A stretch of 64,000 nt of DNA, taken from an uncultured bacterium (GTDB lineage: Bacteria > SAR324 > NAC60-12). The DNA lies in NCBI GenBank assembly GCA_964010765.1, contig CAXGMD010000001.1, positions 1 to 64,000 on the forward strand, given 5' to 3'. Positions within the stretch are counted from its first letter, which is position 1. Each line of letters begins with the position of its first letter. A model generated the notes under the pieces. That model had not been told where the DNA came from. It searched no databases and saw nothing but the letters and a program-made list of their open reading frames with translations. A program made the position numbers and the translations under genes. Positions 51,675-61,611 of this stretch are shown piece after piece.

Positions 51675-52801
51675 CGACCTTCCTCAGAGTAAGGATCAGC
51701 CGCATCACGAAGCCCATCTCCGACCAAGACAAAGGCAAGAATCATCAGCACAAAAAACACGACAGGTATGTAGTACCAGAGGAGGCTCTGTTGTACTTCG
51801 ACGTCTTGTGCCTGGGAGAGCAATACACCAATGGAATTGACGGGTTCAGACAACCCCAAACCTAGAAAGCTCAGTGAAGTCTCTGCGAGAATGATATAAG
51901 GGACGTTGATGATAGTGTCGACGATGATATAGCTAAGGAAGCTAGGGATCAGATGCTTCCGAATGATTCGACTGGAACTAGAGCCTGAGAGTTTTGCTGC
52001 AAGAATATATTCCTGGTTGCGTTCTGCTAGCAGGTGAGTTCGTAGTCTTCGCGCTAAGGTGGGGAAATCGAATGCTCCAATAATAAAGGCAATCGCAAAA
52101 TAACGAGTTTCAGAGCTCCACTCATCAGGCATCGCCACGGCCAAGGCCAAATAAATAGGGATGGAAGGAATGACTCGAACAGCTTCGGTAAAGGTTTGGA
52201 GTATGGCATCAATGCGGCCCCCAAAATACCCTGAGATCCCCCCAACCAGTAACGAGGTTGTGAGCTTGATAGTCAGTGCAAGGAAGCCAATGGAAAGCGA
52301 AACCCAGATTGCATGAAGAGTTCTGCCAAAAATGTCTTTACCAGCCTTCTCAGTCCCAAAGAGATGGATTTGACCAGTCTCAATGCCAAAGAGGTGAAGG
52401 TTTGAGGTTAGGGTAAACTCTGTGAATCCCAAATTCAGGCTAATCAGCTGGTATTCCCAACTCCTAGTGAACCAAGTCAGGTATCGCTTTTTCTCACAAT
52501 TTTCTACCTGAACTCTTCGCAGGGTCTTTCGATCAAGTTGCTGTTCAAATGTGCACAGATAGGGTTTGGACCAACTACCATCCTGGTCCCGAAACTTTGG
52601 CATTTGCGGGGGTCCATTGATGTACTGTCGATTAGCACCTGCTGAATTTGGTTCATGAGGAGAAAGAAAAGAGGCAAAAAAGCCCGTTAGGATTAGTATA
52701 ATCAGGAGAATTCCTGCTGCGCAGGAGACGGGCTTCCTGAAAAATCGAGCCCGAATCAGAGCAAATTGACCAGCAGTATAGTAACTCTCTGCTCGCATCA
52801 C
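51671..52801 (-). CDS. ABC transporter permease (OppC-like)
   Basis: HLFGT...GKDIFGR, EYILAAK..G and [13 protein letters not shown] motifs. Confidence 0.93.
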   Translation of the reverse strand: MMRAESYYTAGQFALIRARFFRKPVSCAAGILLIILILTGFFASFLSPHEPNSAGANRQYINGPPQMPKFRDQDGSWSKPYLCTFEQQLDRKTLRRVQVENCEKKRYLTWFTRSWEYQLISLNLGFTEFTLTSNLHLFGIETGQIHLFGTEKAGKDIFGRTLHAIWVSLSIGFLALTIKLTTSLLVGGISGYFGGRIDAILQTFTEAVRVIPSIPIYLALAVAMPDEWSSETRYFAIAFIIGAFDFPTLARRLRTHLLAERNQEYILAAKLSGSSSSRIIRKHLIPSFLSYIIVDTIINVPYIILAETSLSFLGLGLSEPVNSIGVLLSQAQDVEVQQSLLWYYIPVVFFVLMILAFVLVGDGLRDAADPYSEEGR

Positions 52802-53979
52802 TCTTCCTTCAAAACACTACGTTGAATTCTTGGATCGAAGAGAGCTAGCAGAACATCACTCAAGAAATTGACCACGACAATTGTGAGTGTAATCAGAAAG
52901 AGAATAGATGAGGCTAATTCCTGGTCATTCGTGAAAGCCAGGGCCGTCAGCAACAGTTGTCCGGCATCTGTCAAAAGTATGATGGAAGCGACAATGGGTA
53001 GATCGTTGAAGATTCTGTTGAAGTCAAATCCAATGGAGTTGACCAAAGGGCCAATGGAGTGTCGAACTGGATAACGCATCCAAAGGCCTGCTCCAGCTTG
53101 GCCTCGCGCTCGTGCAGCTGTAACATAGAGCTTATTTGCCTCATCAATGGTTAAGGCACGAACGGTCTGTAATTGTAGAGCTGTTGCGGACCATCCCAAG
53201 GTGAACACTGGCAACCAAAAATGCCACAAAAAGTCTCCAAATTTGGCAGTATTGAAGCCATCGTCAAGCCACCAAGCTTGGTCTCTGAATTCTTCGGAGA
53301 AAAGACCGATTGGCGCATCAAGATCCAGTTGGATGTAGAAGACGATGATTCCTAGAGCTATCAAAAAATTGGGTAATGCCAAGCCAAGGTATGAAACAAT
53401 GCGGAGCAGAGCCTCAAAAATCTTGGACATGACCAGTCCTAGACTTCTTCCGAATTTTTCACCTGCAGAACGGAGAGGATCATGATCGAAGAGAGGTTGA
53501 GTCATGATAACCGCAGATATCACTCCAAGAGGTATTGCTAGGGAATAAGCGAAAAGCAACCCGAGTGCACATACAGCCAAAGAAATTAGAAATCGATTCC
53601 CTAAAACCTGATGGACCGGAGCTCTTTTTTCACAGGAAAAACCAAGGTCTCCTTCCGTGACCAACCCATAAATCCATTTCCCCCAGCGTTCAGGTAACGA
53701 TCCATCTAATCCTCTCAGCACTCTTTCGGCTTGGATGTCTGCATCAGTGATTACCACTCCTTGTGTATTTTTATAACCAATCATTCTTGTTGCGCAGTCC
53801 CCTGGGACAGCTTCCATGACAGCAAAAATGACAATTGAAACCAAAAGAAGGGTAAAAAGTGCGAGCAGAAATCTCTCAAACAGAAACTGACCGATCAAGG
53901 AAAGCCGTGCCTGCCGAAAGAGAAATAGTCCAACCAAGAAGAGTGACCAGAAAAGCCAGGTCTCTGCTAGAAAACTCAT
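52798..53979 (-). CDS. ABC transporter permease (OppB-like)
   Basis: PGD, GDLG.S, YVTAARARG and NFLSD....FDPRI motifs. Start uncertain: 53979 ATG or 54027 GTG. Confidence 0.9.
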   Translation of the reverse strand: MSFLAETWLFWSLFLVGLFLFRQARLSLIGQFLFERFLLALFTLLLVSIVIFAVMEAVPGDCATRMIGYKNTQGVVITDADIQAERVLRGLDGSLPERWGKWIYGLVTEGDLGFSCEKRAPVHQVLGNRFLISLAVCALGLLFAYSLAIPLGVISAVIMTQPLFDHDPLRSAGEKFGRSLGLVMSKIFEALLRIVSYLGLALPNFLIALGIIVFYIQLDLDAPIGLFSEEFRDQAWWLDDGFNTAKFGDFLWHFWLPVFTLGWSATALQLQTVRALTIDEANKLYVTAARARGQAGAGLWMRYPVRHSIGPLVNSIGFDFNRIFNDLPIVASIILLTDAGQLLLTALAFTNDQELASSILFLITLTIVVVNFLSDVLLALFDPRIQRSVLKEE

Positions 53980-54063
53980 GCTGACTTTATGGCCAAAGAG
54001 AAGAGATGTTTGGAGGCTGGTCTGCACTCATGAGAATGCAGACCTCGTAAGCTCAGGTGAAAA

Positions 54064-56103
54064 TCAGTTTAAACTCCATTGAGGAGCTAGGTAGGGGAAA
54101 GTTCTGTAATAAGAATAGGAAGAAGTAATCGGTACTTTGAAGTTCGAAAGGTTGTTAGAAAAGTAGATTGGAGCTACGGCTTTGACAGTACCAATGAAGA
54201 ATAGATCGTCCACAGTACGCTGCGCAATCTTGCGTCCCAACTCATTTGAACGAGACGAACCAGCCGGAACAGTTGTAAATTCTCTGGCGAGTTTCTGCAT
54301 TTCATAGACGGTTTGGGGAGGCTGTACGCCCTCGCTTCCACCGGTATTTAAATATTGATCCCAAAGCATTGCGTTTCGTAATCCAAAGTATCCGGAGTAA
54401 GGTGGAACTATTTCTTGAGTATCACCCAAAAACACAGCGAGGGGTTCACCTTTGTTCCATACATGAACATCCAGTTCGTTGGCAGATTGAGATGCCCGGT
54501 ACTCATCAGAAGTGACTTCTTTAATGGATGTAGTTACCCCCACATCAGACCAATTTTGTGCAATGATCTCAGTAACCTGAGCAGCAACTCCCTGTGTAGC
54601 AAACTGAATGTTCAATCGGAGTTCCTGACCGTTCGGTAAGTCGCGATCCCCGTCACCATCTTGATCCTTTACGTTTGCTGCATCCAACAGTTTTTTTGCT
54701 CCGTCCTGATCAAACGTAATATTGGCATTGCGTTGATCGCTCGTGACGAAGGCAGCTGTGTCAGCATCAAAAGCAGTGTATTGGAGAGGTGTCCCCAAAC
54801 CAAAATAGGCAATCTCATTGATCTGGTCACGATTGATGGCATGACTCATCGCCTTGCGGAAATTCAAGTCATTGAAGACCGCGCGCTTTGACTCATCTTG
54901 CGTAGTAAGATTGAACGCGAAGACTGACATCCCAATGGTTGGTCGCAACTCAACCGAGTAATTCCCTTTCTCCGCATTTTGAAGCAGCACTGGACCGGAA
55001 GGCAGATTGACTGACTGAGCCTTGTAGCTCACTTCTCCAGCAACCATTTTTGCTGTCTGAACGTCTTCGTCTCCAATGTAGACTTCATTGATTTCGTTGA
55101 TGTACGGAAGCTGGTTCCCTTGGGAATCAACCATGAAGAAGTATGGGTTGGCAACAAGCCGACGCCCGTCAAGTGTATCCTCTACAACAATGAATGATTC
55201 AAGAGTCGGAGCCACAGCTGTGAAGCCAGCTTCAACCAATTTGTTGGCTTTGGCCGCATCCTTCAGTATAGGCTGAGGGACGTCTTTCCAATCGGATTGG
55301 CCGTAGTAAAAATTGATTACTTCATAGCCATCTTTGAAACCCAATGACTGAGCCAACTGGTTTGCATCTTTGTTCATGGACGGATGGAACTTACCCAGCA
55401 GGTGAGCTGGTTGGAATGGCTGAGCAAAGTCCGTTGCGAATTGGGCGATCAAACCTGGCTTTGGTGCGTTGAGAGTAAAGCGAACTTTGGAAGCGCTGAT
55501 TGCATCCACTTTCATCGGCTTGCCATCAGAAAGGAAGCGGTCTGCAGGAGATTCAATGATGTTTTTATCCATCACCATTCCATTGTACCAGAATGCTACA
55601 TCTTCGGCAGTAAATGGTTGACCATCTGACCATTTGTGGCCCTCACGAAGAGTGAAAGTTACTTCTGTAAAATCAGCATTCCAGTCCCAACTTTTCGCAA
55701 CATTTGGAACGATTGTAGCGAGGTCATCGGAAAAGCGAACCAAATTCACATGTCGCACAGATAGTAGGTCAGAAGTTCCTGCTTCTGTGGCTTTTGAAAT
55801 TCCACTAAAAACGCCACCATGTTTACCAATTTTTTGATAGGGCGTGATCACAAGCGGTTCGCTGGGAAGCCTCTGATCAACGCTAGGCAATCCTGGATTA
55901 CCCGCAATTCGCTTATTCAGGGAAGCTGCATCAGGATTTCCTGAAAAATTCAGCTTACAGTTGTGCGCAGTTTCAAATTCCTGCAAATCATATTGATTTG
56001 GATACTTACCTTTAGCTGCATCAGCTAAAACAGTCGGACAATTGGCAGAAGCGGTGGTTGCACAGGCCGCAACAGCCAGCCCAAGCAGGATGAATTTCTT
56101 CAT
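54064..56103 (-). CDS. ABC transporter substrate-binding protein, family 5
   Basis: Signal peptide; LP.V..RLP.EP, LREGHKWSDGQPFTAEDV and NPYFF.VD..GNQLPYI motifs. Confidence 0.93.
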   Translation of the reverse strand: MKKFILLGLAVAACATTASANCPTVLADAAKGKYPNQYDLQEFETAHNCKLNFSGNPDAASLNKRIAGNPGLPSVDQRLPSEPLVITPYQKIGKHGGVFSGISKATEAGTSDLLSVRHVNLVRFSDDLATIVPNVAKSWDWNADFTEVTFTLREGHKWSDGQPFTAEDVAFWYNGMVMDKNIIESPADRFLSDGKPMKVDAISASKVRFTLNAPKPGLIAQFATDFAQPFQPAHLLGKFHPSMNKDANQLAQSLGFKDGYEVINFYYGQSDWKDVPQPILKDAAKANKLVEAGFTAVAPTLESFIVVEDTLDGRRLVANPYFFMVDSQGNQLPYINEINEVYIGDEDVQTAKMVAGEVSYKAQSVNLPSGPVLLQNAEKGNYSVELRPTIGMSVFAFNLTTQDESKRAVFNDLNFRKAMSHAINRDQINEIAYFGLGTPLQYTAFDADTAAFVTSDQRNANITFDQDGAKKLLDAANVKDQDGDGDRDLPNGQELRLNIQFATQGVAAQVTEIIAQNWSDVGVTTSIKEVTSDEYRASQSANELDVHVWNKGEPLAVFLGDTQEIVPPYSGYFGLRNAMLWDQYLNTGGSEGVQPPQTVYEMQKLAREFTTVPAGSSRSNELGRKIAQRTVDDLFFIGTVKAVAPIYFSNNLSNFKVPITSSYSYYRTFPYLAPQWSLN

Positions 56104-56383
56104 TGGGTGACCTCTCGGAAGGTTAGTGTTGTTGGGGTGTAAGCCTGGCCTCGGAAATAAAGGGACATTCCAAGTGGCGAATTAGTTACAGAGTATAATT
56201 CAGGAACAGTCAAGTATTGAGTGCAATTAAGTGTTCGACCTAATTCTACCTTAATATTTTCAAGAAAAAAATCAGCCGAAAACGACTTCTTAAAGTTTTT
56301 TTACAGTGATAAATGAAGTAAAATTTTGAGAAAAAAATTTTAACTGATTAGGTCAGTTTTTTTACTCTCTTGGCCAAAGGCCG

Positions 56384-57511
56384 ATGAAGCAATTGAATAA
56401 AACAGACGTTGCGGTTGTTGGTGGGGGTATCATGGGTTTAGCCTTTGCCCTAGAAGCTATACGACGACAAAAAAAAGTTACTGTATTTGAAAGAAATCCA
56501 AGTGCTAGAGGAGCCTCTGTTCGAAATTTTGGGATGATCTATCCCCTAGGCATGAGACCAGGAAAAATCTTTGAAAGAGCACTGCGAACTCGCAATCTTT
56601 GGTTGGAGTTGGGCCAAAGCGCGAAGTTTTGGTTCAATCCCTGTGGTTCTTTATTGGTGGCTCGTTCCAAAGAGGAAATTGTAGTTTTGGAGGAATTCGT
56701 TTCTTCAAGACAAGACATCAAGGGGCTGCGTCTGCTGACTCTTAAAGAGGCTCTGAAGAAAAGTCCTGGTTTGGTTCAGGATGGGTTACTTGGTGCTCTT
56801 TGGAGTGAATCAGAAATCTGTGTTGATCCCCAGGATGCAATCCAAAAGATTTCTCTTTGGCTCGAGAATTGTGGTGTCAATTTCAAAAATTCAACGACAG
56901 TGACAGTTGTTGAATCTGGTCAACTGATTGCGAATGGAGAACAGTGGTACGCTGAACAGATCATTATCTGTTCAGGGTCAGATCTACAAACACTCTTTCC
57001 TAATGAATTTCGTAATAGCGGGTTGGTAAATTGCCAACTACAAATGTTTCGTACGAATGCACAGCCTTGTAGTTGGCTCTTAGGCCCTATGTTGGCCTCA
57101 GGATTGTCCCTACTGCATTATCCAGCTTTTACTGCTTTAAAGTCTTACCAAACGTTGAAGGATCGTTTAACCAAGGAACATCCAAAATTGCTGGAACTTG
57201 GAATCCATGTTTTGGTTTCTCAACACAGTCATGGAAGAATCACAGTTGGTGACTCCCATGAATATGGAGACACCCCAGCCATCTTTTATCAAAAAGAAAT
57301 TGAGGGCCTAATTAGGAACTATCTTAGCAGTTTTCTAACTTTGCCCGATGCACAGGTTTCAGAACGCTGGTTGGGCAATTATGTTAGCCACCCCTCTGGA
57401 GAACCCTGGATTTATAAGCCAACTGATGGAGTAATGCTTGTCAATGGGATTGGGGGAGTCGGTATGACAACCGGTTTTGGTCTCGCACAAGAAATTTTGC
57501 CAGAATGTTAA
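56384..57511 (+). CDS. FAD-dependent oxidoreductase, TIGR03364-like (phosphonate-associated)
   Basis: GGGIMGLA.A, A.GASVRNFGM, C.LQM.RT, GLSL.HY..F, VGDSHEY and G.GG.GMT.GFGLA motifs. Confidence 0.85.
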   Translation: MKQLNKTDVAVVGGGIMGLAFALEAIRRQKKVTVFERNPSARGASVRNFGMIYPLGMRPGKIFERALRTRNLWLELGQSAKFWFNPCGSLLVARSKEEIVVLEEFVSSRQDIKGLRLLTLKEALKKSPGLVQDGLLGALWSESEICVDPQDAIQKISLWLENCGVNFKNSTTVTVVESGQLIANGEQWYAEQIIICSGSDLQTLFPNEFRNSGLVNCQLQMFRTNAQPCSWLLGPMLASGLSLLHYPAFTALKSYQTLKDRLTKEHPKLLELGIHVLVSQHSHGRITVGDSHEYGDTPAIFYQKEIEGLIRNYLSSFLTLPDAQVSERWLGNYVSHPSGEPWIYKPTDGVMLVNGIGGVGMTTGFGLAQEILPEC

Positions 57512-57607
57512 TTCAAATTTGCTTCACCTTGAACTTGTTGGGATCTCCAGAGAAAATTTTCTGAACACAATCAACCTCCTTTTGTAAATCATCTTGGTTT
57601 GACTGAA

Positions 57608-58891
57608 ATGAAAGTAGCCATCTACAACAACCTCACAGACTTTCAACAAGCGACACCTCCAGAATTTTCTGACGAAATCAGTAATAGCGTTCGTGAAATT
57701 ATTGGCCAGGTGAGGGCTCAGGGTGACAAAGCTCTGAAAGATTTGACTAGCCGGTTCGATGGTGTCTCGCTGGATCAAATTCCTGTACCAACTGAATATC
57801 TAAAAGGCTGTCTAGAAAAAATGGATAAGCATCTTCGTTCGGTCTTAGAAGAGGCTGCAGATAATATTCGTCGTTTTCACCAAAGACAAAAGCAGCAGAG
57901 TCAGATGGAATTTGAGCCAGACGGGACTCTGCTAGGTTGGAAGGTCACTCCTGTTGATGCCGCAGGTGTTTATGTGCCGGGTGGGAGAGCGGTCTATCCT
58001 TCAACACTGCTAATGAACGTTATCCCGGCTCAGGTTGCTGGAGTGCCCAGACTGGTCATGGTGTCTCCTCCAAATCGAGAAACGGGCTTTCCCCATCATT
58101 TGGTTTGTGGGGCAGCCGCCTTGGTGGGCGTAGAGGAAATCTATGCAGTTGGCGGAGCACAATCTGTTGCTGCGCTTGCCTACGGTACAGAGTCCATCTC
58201 AAAAGTTGTCAAAATAACTGGACCTGGAAACGCATACGTTGCCGAGGCAAAAAGACAGGTATACGGTCTTGTAGGGATCGATTCGATTGCCGGCCCTAGC
58301 GAAATCATGGTGGTCTGTGACCGAGAGGACATTCCAGTAGAATTCTTGGTGAGAGATCTACTCTCCCAAGCTGAACACGATCCAGATGCAGGTGCGGTAC
58401 TGGTCACAACATCTCGAAGCCAAGCAGAGGCAGTTGCAAAAAGATTGGAAGAATTGATCCCATCCTTACCCAGAAAGGAAATTCTCGAAGAATCATTCCG
58501 ACAAAGATCCGGGATCATTGTGGCTAAAAATCTAGAGGAGATCTTTGACGCTATCAACGAGATTGCTCCCGAACATTTAGAAGTGCTGACTCAAAACCCT
58601 ATGGAGGATTTACATCGTATTCGTAACGCAGGGGCAATTTTCTTGGGTCCTCACACTCCTGAACCTGTGGGTGATTATTTTGCTGGACCGAACCATACGC
58701 TTCCTACTTCCGGTGCTGCCCGCTTTGCGTCGCCTCTTGGTGTCTCAGATTTTGTAAAAACGAGTTCAATCCTCTCTTATTCCAAGACAAAGCTCCAACA
58801 ACAAGGTCCCTCTGTAATGCGATTTGCTCAAGAAGAAGAGTTATTTGCACATGCAGAAGCTATCCGGGTTCGTTTGGAAAGTAGTTTTTGA
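57608..58891 (+). CDS. hisD: Histidinol dehydrogenase
   Basis: GVYVPGG.A.YPS, KITGPGNAYV.EAKR, ID.IAGPSE, DLLSQAEHD and GDYFAGPNHTLPT motifs. Confidence 0.97.
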   Translation: MKVAIYNNLTDFQQATPPEFSDEISNSVREIIGQVRAQGDKALKDLTSRFDGVSLDQIPVPTEYLKGCLEKMDKHLRSVLEEAADNIRRFHQRQKQQSQMEFEPDGTLLGWKVTPVDAAGVYVPGGRAVYPSTLLMNVIPAQVAGVPRLVMVSPPNRETGFPHHLVCGAAALVGVEEIYAVGGAQSVAALAYGTESISKVVKITGPGNAYVAEAKRQVYGLVGIDSIAGPSEIMVVCDREDIPVEFLVRDLLSQAEHDPDAGAVLVTTSRSQAEAVAKRLEELIPSLPRKEILEESFRQRSGIIVAKNLEEIFDAINEIAPEHLEVLTQNPMEDLHRIRNAGAIFLGPHTPEPVGDYFAGPNHTLPTSGAARFASPLGVSDFVKTSSILSYSKTKLQQQGPSVMRFAQEEELFAHAEAIRVRLESSF

Positions 58892-59137
58892 TGTGAATCC
58901 TTCCAGAATTTTTTCATCTCAATCCAATCTGCTCTCTTTTCTCTTCTTCTCAGCCTCCTCTCTGCGTAGGTTATTCTGGATCATTTGATTTTCTTACTTA
59001 GAACGTATTATTTTAGTAAAATTATTCTGTAATAATTGTAAAATACAGAAATTTATGTAAGGTCTATTATAACTTAAGAAAGTAGATAGTTTTTATTTAA
59101 GTCAAATATTATATAAGAATCTTACAAAAAAATTTAC

Positions 59138-59884
59138 GTGGAAAGAAAAAAATTATTACTGCTTGAAGAGAGTTCAGAGACAGCAAAAAAATTGATGCCT
59201 TCTCTGAATACCAAATTTGAAGTGACTTGGGTTAGTGGTGGACTTGATGCGATGTTGCTATTCGGGTATCAAAACTACCAAGTCTTGATTCTCGAGACAA
59301 ATCTGCCTGATACTGATGGTTTGCAGGTGATTCGTACCATCCGAAAGTATGGATTTACGTTACCAATAATTATATTGAGCGAACGAGAAACTGCTCAGGA
59401 CAGGATAGTTGGTCTGCAAGCTGGTGCTGATGACTACCTTACTAAACCGGTTTCTTTGCAAGAGTTGATGTTGCGGCTGGAAATTCTTATAAGGAGAATA
59501 GGACTCTCAGAAGAATCTGCAAAGGGTTGCGTGCTTAGAGAAATAAACTTTCCTTCATCAGAGTTGCGTGTTGGTGATGTGATAATTCATCGTACAAATC
59601 GAACAGTGAAGCGAGCCGGATCCTCCATTGAATTAAGGAAAAAAGAATTCGAACTTCTAGAATTGTTAATGGAGCATCCTAATGAGGTGATGAGTAAGCA
59701 ACGAATTATGGACACACTTTGGGGACATGGACTGGATGCAAATGAATCGAGAGTCATTGACAATCACTTGTGCCGATTACGAGCGAAACTTGATAAAGGA
59801 TATGAGAAGAAGTATATCAGCACCAAGCGAGGAGCGGGCTATACGTTTGTAAATCAAGAAGATGAGAAAAGAGTTATTATGTAA
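59138..59884 (+). CDS. OmpR-family response regulator, atypical (Glu at the phosphoacceptor site)
   Basis: Receiver domain (GADDYLTKP) and winged HTH (KEFELL..LM, IDNH..RLRAKL, T.RG.GY); beta3 reads LILE rather than LILD. Confidence 0.9.
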   Translation: MERKKLLLLEESSETAKKLMPSLNTKFEVTWVSGGLDAMLLFGYQNYQVLILETNLPDTDGLQVIRTIRKYGFTLPIIILSERETAQDRIVGLQAGADDYLTKPVSLQELMLRLEILIRRIGLSEESAKGCVLREINFPSSELRVGDVIIHRTNRTVKRAGSSIELRKKEFELLELLMEHPNEVMSKQRIMDTLWGHGLDANESRVIDNHLCRLRAKLDKGYEKKYISTKRGAGYTFVNQEDEKRVIM

Positions 59885-59958
59885 AAAATTGATTAAATAA
59901 AAAATAAATTTTTAAAAATTTTTCTGAAATTTTGATTTCAAAAGTCCACTAAGATTAC

Positions 59959-61197
59959 TCAGAGTGTTCTTTGATATGTAACATTTCCACCATCCCAAAA
60001 ATCATTGGCAAAGTTATCTAGATTCCAAGTACTCGTAAACATCAAAGCACCTCCACCCACATAATCATTTCGGACTTCCCAACTAATTCGTAATTTGCCT
60101 TCGGGTCCTCTATCCTCTTCTTTCGAAAAATCATTTAAGTTGATGATCGATTTATCTACCTGACCCAAGTAAATTCCAGTTTCCCAAGCGGTTTCATTGC
60201 CCAGGAGTTGACGCATAGAACCAAACCATTGATAGGAATAAATAGTATTCTCTTCGCTTTCGTTTACTGCATTTAGCTGAAGTAAATGATGCCGAAACAT
60301 GTCGTATCGTAAACCGGCATTCAAATACCAATCTTGAGCTAGAGGACCATCAGCTTGCAGTATTTGTTGCGACCAACTTGCCTCCTGATAGCGATGATCA
60401 GATGGATCAGGAGAAATAGTCACTTCTCGATATTTTTCAGAACGAAATTTTTTCCATTGCCATCCGAGTGTCCAATCAGGATTCCACTGATGCTCAATAA
60501 GTAGTTGTTGCTGTGTCTCTTCATGTGAGAAATTCAGGGCTAGGGTTGGATCCAGTAATTTCATGGGTAGTGATTCAGTCCATTTAAATCCAAATTCCCA
60601 ATCATCCCCAAGCCAAGTGCCTTCAACTTGGTTTTCAATTGGATGGGGGTCTTGAGTTGATTGATCATAAAGATTTTTCTCGTTATAAAATAAGTTTTGT
60701 CGCAGTTGATGTAGTCTAAGGAAGCTCTCCTGACGGTCTCCAAGGGTGATGAAGGCCCCGTAGTCTGCATTTCGTTTGTCAAATTGAGGTTGCCCGGCAA
60801 TTCCAAGTGTGACTTTAGAACTCGCCTGCCAGCCCACCTCGATTTCAAAATTTAGTGGTTTTCTCTCATAAAACTCTTCATGGTCCATTCTGACACTAGC
60901 GCTGAATCCTCGACTCAGTTGTTCAATTAATTTCAACTGGAATTTCAAAAAGAGTAGGTCCAGTCCAAGGCTACCCCCAGTCATACGCCAACCTTGTTCA
61001 GCTCGACGCCATTTTCGATCTTGTGCTGCACTAAATAAATATGACTGGATGTCGAGAAAATTTTCTCGATTTAAGTGAAAGGCATCTACATTTGTAGCTC
61101 CATCGAAAGCATGTAGATCTTTGGAAATGCCACTCAAGAAAATTAGGAGAAAAAAAGAGAGGAGAAGCTGGCTTGGATTGGTTCGTCGAATTTCCAT
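59959..61197 (-). CDS. Hypothetical exported protein, probable outer-membrane beta-barrel
   Basis: Signal peptide; alternating aromatic-rich amphipathic strands; C-terminal GGNVTYQRTL. Confidence 0.6.
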   Translation of the reverse strand: MEIRRTNPSQLLLSFFLLIFLSGISKDLHAFDGATNVDAFHLNRENFLDIQSYLFSAAQDRKWRRAEQGWRMTGGSLGLDLLFLKFQLKLIEQLSRGFSASVRMDHEEFYERKPLNFEIEVGWQASSKVTLGIAGQPQFDKRNADYGAFITLGDRQESFLRLHQLRQNLFYNEKNLYDQSTQDPHPIENQVEGTWLGDDWEFGFKWTESLPMKLLDPTLALNFSHEETQQQLLIEHQWNPDWTLGWQWKKFRSEKYREVTISPDPSDHRYQEASWSQQILQADGPLAQDWYLNAGLRYDMFRHHLLQLNAVNESEENTIYSYQWFGSMRQLLGNETAWETGIYLGQVDKSIINLNDFSKEEDRGPEGKLRISWEVRNDYVGGGALMFTSTWNLDNFANDFWDGGNVTYQRTL

Positions 61198-61203
61198 GGG
61201 TAC

Positions 61204-61596
61204 CTAAACCAGATAGAGTGATAGGGCTGCAAAAAATCCGATGGACCAGAACAGTGAACGTAGCAAGTCTTTGTTTGTTACATAGGCCCATCCGTAGAAA
61301 AAGCGAGCCACAACATGCAAGGCTGCCAATGAGTTTATCCATAAAAAATGACTTGGCTCGCCCCACAAATGGGCGACGATGACACCACATGCAAAAAACG
61401 GATAGGACTCAAAGGAATTGTCTTGAGCGGCATAGGCTCTCCTGCGGTATCCAGTCAGTGAAGCGCGAAATGTTCTGGGCTCACGATTCTCATGGCGACT
61501 GTAAACTCCATATTTTGCAACACCGGTGAGGACAAAAGGCAAAATGCCCGCAATGATCAGAAAATAATAAGAATAATCCGTTGACGAGAAATCCAT
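61204..61596 (-). CDS. MAPEG family membrane protein
   Basis: N..PR.....L.G...RAYAAQ.NSFE..P.F and ARFFY...Y.....LRSL.W motifs. The start is probably ATG 61596. Confidence 0.88.
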   Translation of the reverse strand: MDFSSTDYSYYFLIIAGILPFVLTGVAKYGVYSRHENREPRTFRASLTGYRRRAYAAQDNSFESYPFFACGVIVAHLWGEPSHFLWINSLAALHVVARFFYGWAYVTNKDLLRSLFWSIGFFAALSLYLV

Positions 61597-61611
61597 TAGA
61601 ATTACAAACAA

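Noticed and set aside
56104..56383. Pho boxes between the ABC operon and the oxidoreductase
   Set aside because: No convincing 11-bp-period CTGTCAT repeats by eye, so phosphate regulation is not supported.
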